DNA of 64,000 nt from Desulfobulbaceae bacterium (GTDB lineage: Bacteria; Desulfobacterota; Desulfobulbia; Desulfobulbales; Desulfocapsaceae): the NCBI GenBank assembly GCA_024227155.1, contig JAAELB010000346.1, forward strand, positions 9,065 through 73,064, given 5' to 3'. This document shows, piece after piece, positions 20,101 through 28,794 of this stretch. The notes beneath the pieces are model-generated. The model searched no databases. It had not been told where the DNA came from and worked only from the letters and a program-made list of their open reading frames with translations. A program made the position numbers and the translations under genes. Numbering within the stretch: the first letter of the stretch is position 1; the number at the start of each line of letters is the position of its first letter.

Positions 20101-21456
20101 TTACTTATAGTCGTTTTTCTTCAGACCATACTTTCTCATCTTGTCATACAAGGTTTTTCGGGGAAGCTCTAATACGGCCATTACCTCTTTCAAACTGCCC
20201 TTTGTCGAAACCAGGGCATGTTCAAGCAAGCTAGACTCGAACTGTTCCACCTGTTGCACCAGGGAACGGTTTTGTTCTTTCCCTTCTCCTGACAACATCT
20301 TTTCAAGGGACCAGCCAAACTGTTTACCAAGTAACACGTAGCGCTCTGTAAAATTGCGCAATTCTCGAACGTTCCCCGGCCAGGAGTACGATAAAAGTGG
20401 ATTAATCTGCGCACTCGAAGGAGTGGGGACCTCTTGCTGATATCTGTGACCAGCCACAAGGAGAAAGTGGTGGAACAATAAAGGAATATCTTCCCTTCTG
20501 TCTCGAAGAGGGGGGATTTCCAGACAGACGACATTAAGCCTATAATACAGATCTTCTCGAAAAGACCCCTGTTCCGATGCGTCAAGGAGATCCACTTTTG
20601 AAGCTGCAACAACTCGTAAATCGACGGGTATCAGCTTATTTGAGCCTAGACGTTCAAGTGATCTTTCCTGCAGCACCCGTAGTAAATTTATCTGTACCCG
20701 CATTGGCATTGACTCTATTTCATCGAGTAGCAAGGTCCCGCCATTTGCGTGTTCGAATTTGCCTATACGAGCCGCTTTCGCATCGGTGAAAGCTCCGGCC
20801 TCATGACCAAAAAGTTCACTTTCCATTATCGATTCAGAGACTGCCCCACAGTTGATGGCAACGAAATTTTTGGTACGTCTTGAGCTATTCTCGTGTAAAG
20901 CCCGGGCAACGAGCTCTTTGCCGGTGCCAGTCTCCCCTAGTACGAGTATATCGGCCCCGGTGTCCGCCACTTGGGCAATGGTGCCTCGGAGTTTCTCCAT
21001 GCCGGGTGTTCGGCCAATTATCCGAGGTCCTGGAGCACTGTGTAATTCAAGTTCGCGGCGAAGATTTCTGTTTTCCAGGGTGAGGGTCCTTTTTTCAAGC
21101 CCCCGAAGTACAGTTTTAACGAGCCGCTCAGCCGAATATGGCTTTTCGATAAAATCATAGGCACCATCCCGCATCGCTTTTACGGCAATTGATACATCTC
21201 CATGGCCCGTTATTAAAATAACAGGCAGATCCCTATCTATTTTCTGCAACTCGATAAGAAATTGCAGCCCATCCATATGAGGCAGGCGTATATCACAAAC
21301 AACAATTCCCGGCCAATCTCTTGAAAGAATTTCAATGCCATTTTCAGCGCAATCTTCACAAACTACCTCAAGGCCCGCAAGCTCCAAGGTTTGCCGATTG
21401 GCCTGCCGAATATGTTTTTCATCATCAATAAAAAGAACTTTACCTTTCTCCATCAC
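20101..21456 (-). CDS. dctD: Sigma54-dependent response regulator DctD
   Basis: REC domain (IDDE, CDIRLP), GETGTGKE, ESELFGHEAGAFTDA, WPGNVRELRN, C-terminal Fis-HTH. Confidence 0.92.
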   Translation of the reverse strand: MMEKGKVLFIDDEKHIRQANRQTLELAGLEVVCEDCAENGIEILSRDWPGIVVCDIRLPHMDGLQFLIELQKIDRDLPVILITGHGDVSIAVKAMRDGAYDFIEKPYSAERLVKTVLRGLEKRTLTLENRNLRRELELHSAPGPRIIGRTPGMEKLRGTIAQVADTGADILVLGETGTGKELVARALHENSSRRTKNFVAINCGAVSESIMESELFGHEAGAFTDAKAARIGKFEHANGGTLLLDEIESMPMRVQINLLRVLQERSLERLGSNKLIPVDLRVVAASKVDLLDASEQGSFREDLYYRLNVVCLEIPPLRDRREDIPLLFHHFLLVAGHRYQQEVPTPSSAQINPLLSYSWPGNVRELRNFTERYVLLGKQFGWSLEKMLSGEGKEQNRSLVQQVEQFESSLLEHALVSTKGSLKEVMAVLELPRKTLYDKMRKYGLKKNDYK

Positions 21457-21461
21457 CTGTC

Positions 21462-23327
21462 CTACCCTACTCTTTCTAAGGCGAATTCAAAACGAGCACC
21501 TTGATCAAATTCAACGTAGCGTATGATTCCACCAAGTTCACGAACGATTCTGTCACTGATTGTTAATCCGAGGCCAAGCCCTTGCCCAGATTTTTTTGTT
21601 GTGAAAAAAGGCTCAAAAATTTCTTGAACTAATTTATCAGGAATGCCAGGTCCGTTATCCTGGACACTGATAGAGATTTTTCCATCCACAGGAACACATT
21701 GTAAATATATTTCTTTATGATCTTGAAGTTCAAGTGCCTGGATCGCATTTGAAATGAGATTGACCAGTACCTGCTGCAGTAAAACATGATTACCGCGTAC
21801 TTCCACATCTTTAGGAGTAACAGATATTTTCATATCTACCCCCGATTTTTTCAAAGTAGGATTAAGGATTTCCATTGCTCCATCTATCACACCATGAAGA
21901 GCGATAGTGACGATCTGGCCACTGGATTTTTTTGAAAATAGTTTTAACTGAACTCCTATCTGTGCCATTCGTTCCGTTAATTCAGCAATCTGCTCAAGAT
22001 TCCATCTGGCATTATCCAGACGGCCCTTTTGCAGAAACTGTTTGCCGTTATCCGCATAACTTCTAATTGCGGCAAGCGGTTGATTTAGTTCATGGTTGAT
22101 TCCAGCGGACATTTGCCCCAATACTGCTAGTTTTGCGGCATGTATAAGTTCTTTCCTGGTTCGTTTGAGCTTGATCTCTGTCTTTTTTCTGTCGAGTATT
22201 TCTTTCTTCAACAGAGTGTTGGTTTGAGTAAGTTCCTGGGTACGATCATTAACTCGAGATTCAAGCTGCTCATTTGCTTCGTGCAACGCTTTTTTGGTTT
22301 CCTGCTCTATCCGACGAAGCTCAGCCAGACGATGCTGCCTCTGGTATAACAAGACTGCAAGAAAATACACCACGGTAAGAGCTGCACCAACAATTATATT
22401 TAGACTAAGGACATATCTTTTAAGAGCCTTGGTGTCCGTGAGGATATGCACATTCCATCCAGCCTGGGGCATATATTGAGATTGCTTAACAATCCGCTGC
22501 ATTTCATTGCCATTATCAACTTGTATATCAAGAATCTGGACAGAATCGGAGATCGTTTTTGAAGACTCACTCAAGGTAACAAGAGGTTCATCGGGGTATC
22601 TCTTACTCTCTATAATTCTCTGCAGTACTTTTTCGTCAAGTGGTTCAAGGGTTTTATAGCGCCACCCAGGGTAGGTTGTTATAAAGATGACACCATCCGG
22701 GTCGGAGACTAGAAAATTTTCCTCCTCCTGGGCCCATTTCTGTTCAACAGTATCGATACTTATCTTAATTGCAACAGCCCCAAGTATCTCATCTGCTCTA
22801 CGAACGGGATATGCGAAATAATAACCTCTTTTAGAAGAGGTCACGCCTAACGCAAAATATCGACCCAGATCTCCTTTCATCGCCTGTTTGAAATATGGCC
22901 GATAACTGAAATTCCTGCCGATAAATGGTCGTCTCTCTTGCCAGTTACTAGCAGCAATAGTGAGCCCATCTTTGTTCATCAGGTAGGTATCAAGAGTATC
23001 ACTGACCTTATTAATTGTTTCGAGATATTTATTCAGGGTTTCAATGCGTGTTTTTTCGTGGGGATTAAGCAGTGCATGAACCAGAGTGTTATCGATTGCT
23101 AGTAATTCTGGTAAGCTTTGATATTTTTCAAGAACTCCTTGCAGATAGTTAATATATAATTCCAGCCGGGTTTTACTCCTTGCCTCAAGCTCAGCAAGTC
23201 CATACTTGTAACTCCAGGTAGTTACCACGCCAAGCGCAAAAGACAGCAAAAAAATAAACACAGTGAAGCTCAGCCAAAATGTCCTTTTTCTACTCAGCTT
23301 GTCTTTCATTCTCACAAGTGTATACAT
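21462..23327 (-). CDS. dctB: C4-dicarboxylate sensor histidine kinase DctB
   Basis: Periplasmic Cache domain FIGRNFSYRPYF...GRYFALGVTSSKRGYYF; H-box AGINHELNQPL; N, G1, F and G2 boxes. Confidence 0.92.
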   Translation of the reverse strand: MYTLVRMKDKLSRKRTFWLSFTVFIFLLSFALGVVTTWSYKYGLAELEARSKTRLELYINYLQGVLEKYQSLPELLAIDNTLVHALLNPHEKTRIETLNKYLETINKVSDTLDTYLMNKDGLTIAASNWQERRPFIGRNFSYRPYFKQAMKGDLGRYFALGVTSSKRGYYFAYPVRRADEILGAVAIKISIDTVEQKWAQEEENFLVSDPDGVIFITTYPGWRYKTLEPLDEKVLQRIIESKRYPDEPLVTLSESSKTISDSVQILDIQVDNGNEMQRIVKQSQYMPQAGWNVHILTDTKALKRYVLSLNIIVGAALTVVYFLAVLLYQRQHRLAELRRIEQETKKALHEANEQLESRVNDRTQELTQTNTLLKKEILDRKKTEIKLKRTRKELIHAAKLAVLGQMSAGINHELNQPLAAIRSYADNGKQFLQKGRLDNARWNLEQIAELTERMAQIGVQLKLFSKKSSGQIVTIALHGVIDGAMEILNPTLKKSGVDMKISVTPKDVEVRGNHVLLQQVLVNLISNAIQALELQDHKEIYLQCVPVDGKISISVQDNGPGIPDKLVQEIFEPFFTTKKSGQGLGLGLTISDRIVRELGGIIRYVEFDQGARFEFALERVG

Positions 23328-23332
23328 TTACC

Positions 23333-23485
23333 GTAACCGTTCACAGCCCCCTTCAAAAGACTGCATAACCAGAATCCGTCACCGTTCGTCCAGTGCTCCA
23401 GGTTCGTTCAAGCTGGTCTCCTGGCTATAGTTGGCTATGCCAGGAGGCCTGATCGGACGAAAATGGGGCGCTGGTGAACGGTTAC
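23333..23485. mobile_element. MITE family C (153 bp, 12-bp perfect TIR, 8-bp TSD)
   Basis: GTAACCGTTCAC at 23333-23344 and GTGAACGGTTAC at 23474-23485; flanked by CATTTACC at 23325-23332 and 23486-23493; internal hairpin CTCCTGGC...GCCAGGAG. Confidence 0.88.
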
Positions 23486-23554
23486 CATTTACCAAATTAT
23501 TTTCTGCTATAAAAACACAGAAAAAGGATTTATAAGATGCTGTACTCTTTCTTT

Positions 23555-25156
23555 TTACCTGATTTCAATGCCTGAGCGTTGCACGGTAGTTTTTACCTCT
23601 TCTATAGTCACTTCATTTCTGTGAAAGATTCCTGCAGCAAGGGCTGCGTCGGTGGTTGTTTGGCTAAACACATCTACAAAGTGGGCTGGATTACCAGCCC
23701 CACTGGATGCTATGACTGGTATCGAAACAGCATCCTTCACCTGTTTAATGAGCTCTAAATCAAAACCGCTGTTCGTACCGTCTTTATCAATACAATTCAG
23801 TAATACCTCACCGGCGCCCAGCTTTTCGCACACCTGTACTAACTGGACTGCGTCAATATCACGCCCTTCCCTGCCACCTTTGACCGTGCACTGGTACCAA
23901 CAGTATAATTGACCATCGGGTCCAGGAGACGTAGTTTTTATGGTGTTATGTTCAGTGTCTTCTGGAGCATGTACATATACGCGCCGGGGATCAACTGAAA
24001 TGACAACGGCCTGGGCGCCATAGACAATAGAAATCTGTTCTATAGAGCTGGTACCTGTTTTTTTTCCTGTTTGCAAAAAGTCTTCTACGGTGTAAACAGC
24101 GTCGCTACCGATGGAAATTTTATCCGCACCGGCCCTGAAATATGCTGATGCTACGTCAAGAGAGGTGTAGGAGATTCCCTCTGAATCGGTAAACTCTCTA
24201 ATTCCACCACCTATGGTCAAAGGAACGAAAACATTTTCAGAGGTTTTTTCCAAAACTTCAAGCATTGGTTGGTCTTTCATCGGGAAATCACGAAACCCGG
24301 TAATATTCAAAAAAGTGACCTCGTCGGCCCCTTCCTGGTAATATCGTTTTGCAAGTTGTACAGGTTTACCTAGATTTCTGACTTCTCCTTCACTCCGCAC
24401 ATCGTACTGATCACCTTTTGTGACAACCAGATCTCCGTTATCATTGCTGCGCACGTCAAGACATGCAATAATTCTTTTAGCAATCTTGGTTTTGCCCTGT
24501 TCTTGCTCCTGAATCTGGTTATGTAAAGCACCAGCCTCTATTGTCTCATTTTGATTGAGGAAATTTTCCAATATTCGCAATCCCGCTCCCCCACTTTTTT
24601 CAGGGTGGAACTGAAAGGCACTCACATTTCCCCGCTCTACTGCAGAAACAAACTCATATCCGTAATCCGTCAAGGAAAGATACCACTCTCTGCTGGGCTG
24701 CTCAACCGGAGCGTGATAGGAGTGAACAAAATACAATTTTTCTCCATCATATCCATTAAGGAGTCTGGAGGCTTTCTGCTGTCTTATACCATTCCAGCCT
24801 ATTTGTGGAACAGATAGAGAAGTCGCGGGAAAACGTTTAACCTGACCGGGAATAACACCAAGTCCCTTAACCCCAGGTGTCTCCTCACTTCCTTCGTAAA
24901 GTGTCTGTAGTGCAACACAAATACCAAGGAACGGTTTATCTTCAAGAATTCTTCTCCTCAAAGGCTCAACGTAGCCAGCTGCTCGGAGCCTGTCCATCAC
25001 AAGGCCAAAACTTCCAACTCCGGGGAAAATAAGTTTTTCAGCAGTAAGTATATCCTCTGGAGAAACGACATCCTCTACACTAAAGCCAAGTTTCTTAATT
25101 GCGTTTCTAACGCTTCGCACATTACCAGCGCCATAATCGAGCAAAGTCACATTCAT
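23555..25156 (-). CDS. hisHF: Bifunctional imidazole glycerol phosphate synthase, HisH-HisF fusion (HIS7-type)
   Basis: N-terminal glutamine amidotransferase (DYGAGNVRS, PGVG, GIC, FHPEKS) fused to the cyclase (RIIACLDV, GADEVTFLNIT, NCIDKDGT, IASSGAG). Confidence 0.94.
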   Translation of the reverse strand: MNVTLLDYGAGNVRSVRNAIKKLGFSVEDVVSPEDILTAEKLIFPGVGSFGLVMDRLRAAGYVEPLRRRILEDKPFLGICVALQTLYEGSEETPGVKGLGVIPGQVKRFPATSLSVPQIGWNGIRQQKASRLLNGYDGEKLYFVHSYHAPVEQPSREWYLSLTDYGYEFVSAVERGNVSAFQFHPEKSGGAGLRILENFLNQNETIEAGALHNQIQEQEQGKTKIAKRIIACLDVRSNDNGDLVVTKGDQYDVRSEGEVRNLGKPVQLAKRYYQEGADEVTFLNITGFRDFPMKDQPMLEVLEKTSENVFVPLTIGGGIREFTDSEGISYTSLDVASAYFRAGADKISIGSDAVYTVEDFLQTGKKTGTSSIEQISIVYGAQAVVISVDPRRVYVHAPEDTEHNTIKTTSPGPDGQLYCWYQCTVKGGREGRDIDAVQLVQVCEKLGAGEVLLNCIDKDGTNSGFDLELIKQVKDAVSIPVIASSGAGNPAHFVDVFSQTTTDAALAAGIFHRNEVTIEEVKTTVQRSGIEIR

Positions 25157-25257
25157 AACTAACGACCTTCGGGTGAGTGTATTTATAGGCTATGATATAC
25201 AACCTAAACCCCACAAGCTGGTAAATTGCCGCCATGGGGATTGTTTAAAGTACCTAA

Positions 25258-25415
25258 GGAACGTACGCTAAATAACATGAACATCTTACTTGCCCTTTAT
25301 TCCACCTCCTGTACTTAAAAAAATCTTTGTATATCAATAATATGAAAAGTTTTTTTAAGTACAGGATGCGAAAATATTTCGGCGTAATATGTCCATGTTA
25401 TTTAGCTCCCGCTCC
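25258..25415. mobile_element. MITE family A, copy 1 (158 bp, TAA TSD)
   Basis: Imperfect TIRs GGAACGTACGCTAAATAACATG / CATGTTATTTAGCTCCCGCTCC; flanked by TAA on both sides; internal TCCTGTACTTAAAAAAA...TTTTTTTAAGTACAGGA stem; near-identical to copy 2. Confidence 0.88.
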
Positions 25416-25465
25416 TAAAATTGTATAGAATAGTATTCTGTTTTTTATATCAACATCACAAATCA

Positions 25466-25498
25466 AAAGAGGCCGTTCCTTTTGAGGAACGGCCTCTT
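25466..25498 (-). terminator. Intrinsic terminator downstream of hup
   Basis: AAGAGGCCGTTCCT-TTTG-AGGAACGGCCTCTT perfect stem with a T-run on the minus strand. Confidence 0.78.
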
Positions 25499-25607
25499 AG
25501 AGACACAAAATATCAATTCAACTGGCAACTCCAGGATCCCAACAAAATTTTGCACTGTTACAATATTATGGTTCCTTTCTATGTGTTTATTCAGAAAATG
25601 TAACTTA

Positions 25608-25764
25608 GGAACGTACGCTAAATAATATGAACATCTTGCTTGCCCTTTATTCCACCTCCTGCACTTAAAAAATCTTTGTATATCAATAATATGAAAAGTT
25701 TTTTTAAGTACAGGATGCGAAAAAATTTCGGCGTAATATGTCCATGTTATTTAGCTCCCGTTCC
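25608..25764. mobile_element. MITE family A, copy 2 (157 bp, TTA TSD)
   Basis: GGAACG...CGTTCC flanked by TTA on both sides; about six differences from copy 1; same orientation. Confidence 0.88.
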
Positions 25765-25828
25765 TTATTTTCAATAAATCGTTTTTGGGGGATGTACCTC
25801 AAAAATAATTCATGATCAAACAGGAATA

Positions 25829-26101
25829 TTAATTGACTGCTTCAGACAACTTAGAGCCAGCCTTAAATTTTATAACTTTCTTTGCTGGAATCTCAATGGT
25901 CTTACCGGTCTGTGGATTTCTTCCCTGGCGAGCATCTCGATTAGCGACAGAAAAAGTTCCAAAACCAACCAAAGTCACTTTGTCACCTTTTCTGAGACTT
26001 TCAGCGATTGCTGCGAGGGTACCGTTCAATGCTTTCTCGGCTGCTGCTTTGCTGATATCTGCGGCACCTGCAATACTTTCAATCAATTCCTTCTTGTTCA
26101 T
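25829..26101 (-). CDS. hup: DNA-binding protein HU
   Basis: [11 protein letters not shown]...VTLVGFGTF...GRNPQTG...KFKAG. Confidence 0.97.
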   Translation of the reverse strand: MNKKELIESIAGAADISKAAAEKALNGTLAAIAESLRKGDKVTLVGFGTFSVANRDARQGRNPQTGKTIEIPAKKVIKFKAGSKLSEAVN

Positions 26102-26508
26102 GAATTCCTCCCTGCTAAATCTTCTTTTACAAGTTTGTTAGGACAGTTCATTGTCCCCTTTTTGGAAAGATGTTACTTGTTACTACCTTTTCTCTATTGT
26201 CAAAAAACCCATTTGGATTTCTTACTGACTTTTCAATAAGAATGGTACAACGCCCAAGAACTGGGCTTTTACATACATATCAAGGCACCATAATTGAATC
26301 GGAAATCAGAATCAAGAAAATATTTATCCTAATTCTATTAAGTTCGCTATTTTCCATTTTAGTGCCTTACTCCTGAAAACCTGTCATAAAAAACAGGTAG
26401 CGCAGACTCCGGGAAATCAGGGGAGTGGTTTGAAGTTAAGAACTTAAAGAAACTGCCAAGGCACTTATCCAAGCATTTTAAAAATTCCGATTTATTCGGG
26501 TTAGTTTA

Positions 26509-27369
26509 TCAGCGACCTTTTAGAGATAAAGACACATTCAAAAAACCTAAAGAATACAAGGCATCAACTATTAATTCCCTCGTAGGGCTATCAATAACAG
26601 ATGCCACATCATTTTCTAGGACTTCTATAATCACATAATCTCCAATCAGTCTGACCCTATTTCCTACAAAACCAAGCTGCTCCAGTTGCTCTTCTGCCTG
26701 TTCTATCAATCGCAGAGATTTCTCTGTGACCGGCTGCCCCCCAGCTATCCTGGTGGCCAGGCATGAATTAGATGGGAGAGAATAGTTTGAAAGCCCCCGC
26801 TCTTTTGCCAGATATCGAATTTCAGATTTATTAAGTTCCGCTGCCACAAGGGGGGTGGCGACTTCTAATTCCTTGATTGCAAGCAAACCTGGACGTTCTT
26901 CACCCAGGTCGTCAACATTTGTTCCATCAGCCAAAACACAACCATCTGCAGCTAACGAGTCTAGTATAGTTGAGTACATCTTTTTTTTACAAAAATAGCA
27001 CCGCTTGTGACTATTCTGGACAAACTCCTGCCAGGAAAGAGGATCCACTTTCAGCTCTTTGAGTTGAACATTGCTGTTAAAATTCGTGGCTACAACCTGC
27101 CGAAGGTTATCTTTTACCGCTCTGCTATTTAAGGTTGAAACAACATTTACCGCGGTTACTTTTGAGATACCCAGGGCATGAATTGCTGCAAAAAGAAGGA
27201 GAGTTGAATCAATTCCCCCAGAAAAAGCGACATGTAATCTGTCATGTTTTTCCAGGATTTGAATAAGCTCACTATATTTTTCTTCTGCAAGGATCATGGG
27301 CTGAGGCAGATCATTTTTGTCCATCTTGAAGAAGTTCTGCTGGTTTATTGAGTAGAAAGTTCCCCTCAT
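26509..27369 (-). CDS. LarE-like PP-loop ATP-dependent sulfur transferase (TIGR00268-type)
   Basis: AFSGGIDS PP-loop, RCYFCKK, DGTNVDD, RPG, SNSCLATRI; the true start is probably downstream of 27369. Confidence 0.85.
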   Translation of the reverse strand: MRGTFYSINQQNFFKMDKNDLPQPMILAEEKYSELIQILEKHDRLHVAFSGGIDSTLLLFAAIHALGISKVTAVNVVSTLNSRAVKDNLRQVVATNFNSNVQLKELKVDPLSWQEFVQNSHKRCYFCKKKMYSTILDSLAADGCVLADGTNVDDLGEERPGLLAIKELEVATPLVAAELNKSEIRYLAKERGLSNYSLPSNSCLATRIAGGQPVTEKSLRLIEQAEEQLEQLGFVGNRVRLIGDYVIIEVLENDVASVIDSPTRELIVDALYSLGFLNVSLSLKGR

Positions 27370-28486
27370 TAATTTTTTTCTTCAACACGTCTGCGATCTC
27401 CCTTGCCTTAACTATGCTTGATAGTGGTGCCGTTTTAACTTTCTTGCCGTTTACCGTAATTTCACCAGACTTCAGCTCTTTATAACTCACCTCTCCATAG
27501 CTTCTAGCTATACCGTTGGTGTAATCATGGCCGTAATCAACCACCTGTGTATACAAGTCAGCGTCTGAGATTCCGGTGAATTTTGCAATTTCACTGTTCA
27601 GGACAGGTATGGGTATACCAAGACCAACAGCTAAAGAACAACCATAACCTCTTATTGACACTCCCCGCAACCACTCTGCTGACATTTGTTTTAAATCCCC
27701 CTGGACCATCAACGTTCCTGCAGGCTTTACAGGTGTACCATTTTCTCCCCTCGGGGCACCTGGGTTGTGCTGAGTACCTTGCCAGGTCACATAACCATTC
27801 GCGCCACCAAGAAAAATCCTGGTTCCAATACCTATTGTTTTGTAAAGGGGATCATTAAATAATGGACTCAACTCACCTGCACTACAGTAGTTAGCGTTAG
27901 CACCTTTTGGTTTCAGCATACCCATATAGGTATAGACCGGCTTATCCGATAGATTTATAGCACAGTTATAATTTTGATAACCATTTCTTGGGTTGCAAAG
28001 AAGTGCATGTGGTAGATCCTCCAGACCAACTTCTTTTTTCATTTTTTTGGATGCATAACAATCTGTTCCATAACCTTTTGCTTCCAGGAGAAGTTTTTTA
28101 CCACGTAGAAGATCTTCAATAACATGCCCCCCACCATAGCTAAAGGCACCAGGATAGATCTTATTAAGCGGGTCATCTTCAGCAGCTTCTGTTGCCCCGA
28201 TATATGAATCCACCGCAGCAAGTCCTCCGTAGGCAGGGACTTTATTGAGCCAGACCTGGGATGCTTTGATCGTTGGAACCATTTGACCAAAATTAAAAAA
28301 CAGGCCCGAAGAACACATTGGCGCAAAGGTGCCTGTTGTAACAACATCAATTTTTCTGGCGGCTGCATCAGGCCCATTTTCTTTGACTATATCAACCATT
28401 TCCTCAGCTGTGACAACCACAGCCTCACCAGCCTTGATCTTGGCGTTAATTTCCTCATAGGTTTTATCGATTTTATTATTGCTCAT
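27311..28486 (-). CDS. Homocysteine biosynthesis protein (DUF39, aspartate-semialdehyde sulfurtransferase-like)
   Basis: KTYEEINAKI..GEAVVVTAEE, DVVTTGTFAPMCSSG, YGGGHVIEDL, GTDCY, NPRNGYQNY, SPLFNDP. Confidence 0.88.
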   Translation of the reverse strand: MSNNKIDKTYEEINAKIKAGEAVVVTAEEMVDIVKENGPDAAARKIDVVTTGTFAPMCSSGLFFNFGQMVPTIKASQVWLNKVPAYGGLAAVDSYIGATEAAEDDPLNKIYPGAFSYGGGHVIEDLLRGKKLLLEAKGYGTDCYASKKMKKEVGLEDLPHALLCNPRNGYQNYNCAINLSDKPVYTYMGMLKPKGANANYCSAGELSPLFNDPLYKTIGIGTRIFLGGANGYVTWQGTQHNPGAPRGENGTPVKPAGTLMVQGDLKQMSAEWLRGVSIRGYGCSLAVGLGIPIPVLNSEIAKFTGISDADLYTQVVDYGHDYTNGIARSYGEVSYKELKSGEITVNGKKVKTAPLSSIVKAREIADVLKKKINEGNFLLNKPAELLQDGQK

Positions 28487-28522
28487 ATCTCTATCTGATT
28501 AATTTTTGATTTGGTTCATCTA

Positions 28523-28665
28523 TGAGTCCGTTGATTTATTGCCTTTTCGCCCAATCTCTTCGTAAAACCAAAAATTTTATCCTCGGAATATCAATTATAT
28601 GCCTGTGGTAAAATATTTTGTTTGCCTCGATATTGAACAAAAATGCTATTAAATCAACAGACTCA
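28523..28665. mobile_element. MITE family B, copy 1 (143 bp, TCTA TSD; inverted relative to copies 2 and 3)
   Basis: TGAGTCCGTTGATTTA...TAAATCAACAGACTCA TIRs; TCTA at 28519-28522 and 28666-28669. Confidence 0.9.
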
Positions 28666-28703
28666 TCTATTAGAAATTGCCTACTATAGCTCTCTTTTGC
28701 TTC

Positions 28704-28732
28704 TTGACATAGTACTTTCTTTACCCTAATTT
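28704..28732 (+). promoter_or_regulatory. Putative sigma70 promoter of pheA
   Basis: TTGACA, 17 bp spacer, TAATTT. Confidence 0.55.
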
Positions 28733-28794
28733 ATTTGTTCTCCGGCTGCATAGACATTTGCAATACTCTTTTTTAAACATCAATCAGGAATAGT

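Noticed and set aside
25258-25764. Repeat-spacer-repeat layout suggesting a CRISPR array or tandem duplication
   Set aside because: Repeats are ~158 bp, only two, each with its own TIRs and TSD; no cas genes
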